Positions 57,147 to 64,000 of a stretch of DNA of 64,000 bases are shown piece by piece (the first letter of the stretch is position 1; every line of letters begins with the position of its first letter). Below the pieces are notes generated by a model that did no database searches, had not been told where the DNA came from, and saw nothing but the letters and a program-made list of their open reading frames with translations. A program made the position numbers and the translations under genes. The stretch is from Eledone cirrhosa. Its lineage: Eukaryota. The DNA lies in the NCBI GenBank assembly GCA_964016885.1, contig OZ024742.1:158844001-158908000 (forward strand). Reading direction: 5' to 3'.

Positions 57147-57194
57147 GTGGGCCGAAATGCGAATCTCGATAATTTATGTTTGTATATATATATA

Positions 57195-60100
57195 TAAAAT
57201 ACGTAGTTAAGAAAGCCACGACAATGCAGAGGGAAATCTCGAGGTAGGAAGTGAATGATAGATAGGAGAAACAGGAGAAAGTGAAAATTGAGAGAGACAA
57301 AGATGAAAACAAAACAAAGGTAGAAGGGTTACCGTAGTGGAGATTTAATCCCAATATTTCGGGCTCACGCCCATCAACGGGGAAAAGTTCCAAAAGGGGG
57401 GGAACAGGCCAAGCGGAGAAAGTTGTGATGTCGTTAAGACAGGAATGCCGTTATGGGGAGAAAATTATTTAAAATTTAAACGAGGGAAAGAATGCGCGTG
57501 CGCGTGATAGGCTGTGGCAAAAGCTACTGACCAAATGGGTTAAATCAAGAGGGTGCGCTAGCGTGTGAAAGCCGTAAAATATGTGTGTGTAAATATATAT
57601 GTGTGTGTAACTGTGTGTGTAACTGTGTGTGTATAAGTGTAAGTGTGTATATGTGTGAGTGTGTGTGTGTGTGAAAGATAGTGGGCTGTAGAAGCTGGAA
57701 ATCAAAGGGTGTGAAAGGTGGTAGGTTGTAAAACATGTGTGCGTGTATAAATATAGATGTGTGTGTGTAAGCGTATGGGTATACATGTGTGTGTAACTGT
57801 GTGTGTATATGTGTGAGTGCGTGTGTGTGTGAAAGATAGTGGGCTGTAGAAGCTGGAAATCAAAGGGTGTGAAAGGTGGTAGGTTGTAAAAACATGTGTG
57901 CGTGTATAAATATAGATGTGTGTGTGTGTATGCGTATGGGTATGCATATACGTGCGTGTGTGTGAAGATAGCAGGCCGTAGGCTGTGAATGGTCACTATG
58001 GTTAAGTTAGCCATGTCAGCTCATTTCTCTCAGCCCGGTTGTTAAGTGGGGGTCTGAGGTTCTTAATAACAAGTGCTTCCTTTATCCTTAAGGATCCGAT
58101 GCTGCGTTCAGTCGCTAGGACTGTGACCAAGGGTCTACCCTGTGGGTTTCCGCATTTAAGGATGTGTTTACGGAAGGAAGATGCGTTGGTGTTGATATGT
58201 TCCTTGATACGAACATGTAGGGGTCGGATGGTGCTACCTATGTAAAACTTGTTACATTTATCGCATTGAATCTTATATACGACATAGGTGCGTAGGCAAT
58301 CTGCCCCCCGTATCGAGCAGTTGCTGAGGGAACACGTCCCATCTGACTCGTCGGGTTTGTTGGAGAGGCATCTTCGCAGCGAAGGTCCTGTGTGGGCCAA
58401 ATGTATGTCAAGTCCCTCCGTCCGTATGGCCCTGCGGATGGCGTTCGTGGTATATTCACTCAGGTGGGGGATTTTAAAGAAGCACCTGCTTTTATTTAAG
58501 TTTCTAGTGGGTGTCTGTCTATTGGGTCTGGGGTCTCTAATTCCGTTAATCAGTCGCTTGGGATAACCATTAGATCTGAGTAGATTACGGAATTGCGTGG
58601 TATTGGTGAGACCACCCATCGGGTCGCTGCATCTGTTAGTGATCCGTGTCAGTTCATTTAGGACATAGCCTCTCTTAGCGTTGTTGGGGAGGGCTGAGTT
58701 GTAATGCACAAATAAGTCCTTGCACGCTGCTTTGCGGTAGAAGGTGGTGTTTATGTCTCCTTCTTCCGAGATGTTGATACGGAAGTCGAGGAGGGCGAGT
58801 GACCCGTCTTCTCCTGGGTGTTCGATGGTGAAATCGACGTGATGGTCAGTATCGTTGAAGATTTGGTGAATTTCATTCGCCATCTCCCGGGAAGAAGTAA
58901 GTATCAGGATGTCATCAACGTATCTGGAGTAGAAGGCGACGGCGTTGGGTTGGCAGGTATTGAGTGCCTTGCGTTCCAGGTGGTCCATGTACGAGATCGC
59001 AAGTATGCCGGACAGACTAGAGCCCATAGGTAGCCCAGAGATTTGTTTGTACGTGTGGCCGAGGAAATTGAAGAGTGCATTATCCACAACGAAGGAGAGG
59101 AGTTGGTGGATGTCCGTGTGTGTGAGTCCGAAGCAGTGTAAGTTAGATGCTCGGACTCGTTCGGTCAACAGGTCGACAGCTGGGGATGCTGGTACGGAGG
59201 TATAAAGGGTGACCACATCAAGACAGACACCCACTAGAAACTTAAATAAAAGCAGGTGCTTCTTTAAAATCCCCCACCTGAGTGAATATACCACGAACGC
59301 CATCCGCAGGGCCATACGGACGGAGGGACTTGACATACATTTGGCCCACACAGGACCTTCGCTGCGAAGATGCCTCTCCAACAAACCCGACGAGTCAGAT
59401 GGGACGTGTTCCCTCAGCAACTGCCCGATACGGGGGGCAGATTGCCTACGCACCTATGTCGTATATAAGATTCAATGCGATAAATGTAACAAGTTTTACA
59501 TAGGTAGCACCATCCGACCCCTACATGTTCGTATCAAGGAACATATCAACACCAACGCATCTTCCTTCCGTAAACACATCCTTAAATGCGGAAACCCACA
59601 GGGTAGACCCTTGGTCACAGTCCTAGCGACTGAACGCAGCATCGGATCCTTAAGGATAAAGGAAGCACTTGTTATTAAGAACCTCAGACCCCCACTTAAC
59701 AACCGGGCTGAGAGAAATGAGCTGACATGGCTAACTTAACCATAGTGACCATTCACAGCCTACGGCCTGCTATCTTCACACACACGCACGTATATGCATA
59801 CCCATACGCATACACACACACACATCTATATTTATACACGCACACATGTTTTTACAACCTACCACCTTTCACACCCTTTGATTTCCAGCTTCTACAGCCC
59901 ACTATCTTTCACACACACACGCACTCACACATATACACACACAGTTACACACACATGTATACCCATACGCTTACACACACACATCTATATTTATACACGC
60001 ACACATGTTTTACAACCTACCACCTTTCACACCCTTTGATTTCCAGCTTCTACAGCCCACTATCTTTCACACACACACACTCACACATATACACACTTAC

Positions 60101-60567
60101 ACTTATACACACACAGTTACACACACATATATATTTACACACACATATTTTACGGCTTTCACACGCTAGCGCACCCTCTTGATTTAACCCATTTGGTCAG
60201 TAGCTTTTGCCACAGCCTATCACGCGCACGCGCATTCTTTCCCTCGTTTAAATTTTAAATAATTTTCTCCCCATAACGGCATTCCTGTCTTAACGACATC
60301 ACAACTTTCTCCGCTTGGCCTGTTCCCCCCCTTTTGGAACTTTCCCCCGTTGATCGGCGTGAGCCCGAAATATTGGGATTAAATCTCCACTACGGTAACC
60401 CTTCTACCTTTGTTTTGTTTTCATCTTTGTCTCTCTCAATTTTCACTTTCTCCTGTTTCTCCTATCTATCATTCACTTCCTACCTCGAGATTTCCCTCTG
60501 CATTGTTGTGGCTTTCTTAACTACGTATTTTACACATTTCACAATGCTTCAAGCAAACTTTAACACC

Positions 60568-60570
<3 letters not shown>
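57195..60570 (-). mobile_element. Young 5'-truncated Penelope-like element with a 1.3-kb inverted terminal repeat
   Basis: Stop-free RT+GIY-YIG from 59220 to 58002 (DVVTLYTSVP, GLPMGS, RYVDD, VVYKIQC..C..FYIGST); arms 57195-58520 and 59221-60532 are nearly identical. Confidence 0.93.
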
Positions 60571-60620
<50 letters not shown>

Positions 60621-60678
60621 ATTGACAATATTATACACCTCAACAACATATGTACTTGTCTATACCATACTAATTCAA

Positions 60679-60733
60679 ACTGCCTGAAGAGGTCACAGCC
60701 AAAGGTGGCTGTCACTGAAATATATATAGCAGT
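60679..60733 (+). ncRNA. Type I hammerhead ribozyme motif in a solo pLTR-like fragment (~60620-60880)
   Basis: ACTGC-CTGAAGA-stem II (ACAGCC/GGCTGT)-GAAA-TATATATA-GCAGT, then AATAAA. Confidence 0.8.
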
Positions 60734-60879
60734 AATAAACGAAGGTAAATTTTAATCATTTGACTTTTATTTAACTTTATTTTACACTACTCCGGAGTAA
60801 CCAAACCAACCTGCGCACTTCGTCGAGTGCTCCAGCCTGCATACTGATGTGTTGGTATACAACCAACACAAACTCAAAA

Positions 60880-64000
<3,121 letters not shown>

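Noticed and set aside
58002-59453. 483-aa ORF as a complete novel protein
   Set aside because: The first ~78 aa are antisense read-through of the inverted arm; real PLE homology starts at 59220.

Overview
AT-rich, microsatellite-dense eukaryotic DNA, most likely a cephalopod (octopus-like); the taxon is an inference from the repeat families. I find no intact host gene. Most of the window is retroelements. At 25.4-48 kb there is a nest built on (TAA)n microsatellite: two full-length head-to-tail Tx1 LINEs (minus), two near-full-length Dong/R4 LINEs plus two 3' fragments (plus), and copies of a tRNA-headed SINE with a Meta/MESC-like core (minus). At 48-64 kb there is a cluster of Penelope-like elements (PLEs) with inverted pseudo-LTRs and hammerhead ribozyme motifs, flanked by (TA)n. 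Older PLE, Hero and RTE fragments, MITEs and fold-back palindromes occupy 3-25 kb. The best signal is a 3' terminal stem-loop (loop CUUGU, covarying stems) shared by the SINE and the Tx1 elements. It is followed by the same AATAAA/AAAGTA-GAAA-(ATT)n layout, and the SINE target-site duplications begin with ATTAT, which suggests a target-specific Tx1-SINE partnership. A possible decayed thioester-protein (A2M/TEP) fragment lies at about 23 kb. All family calls are by-eye motif recognition with no database search, and many boundaries are approximate.
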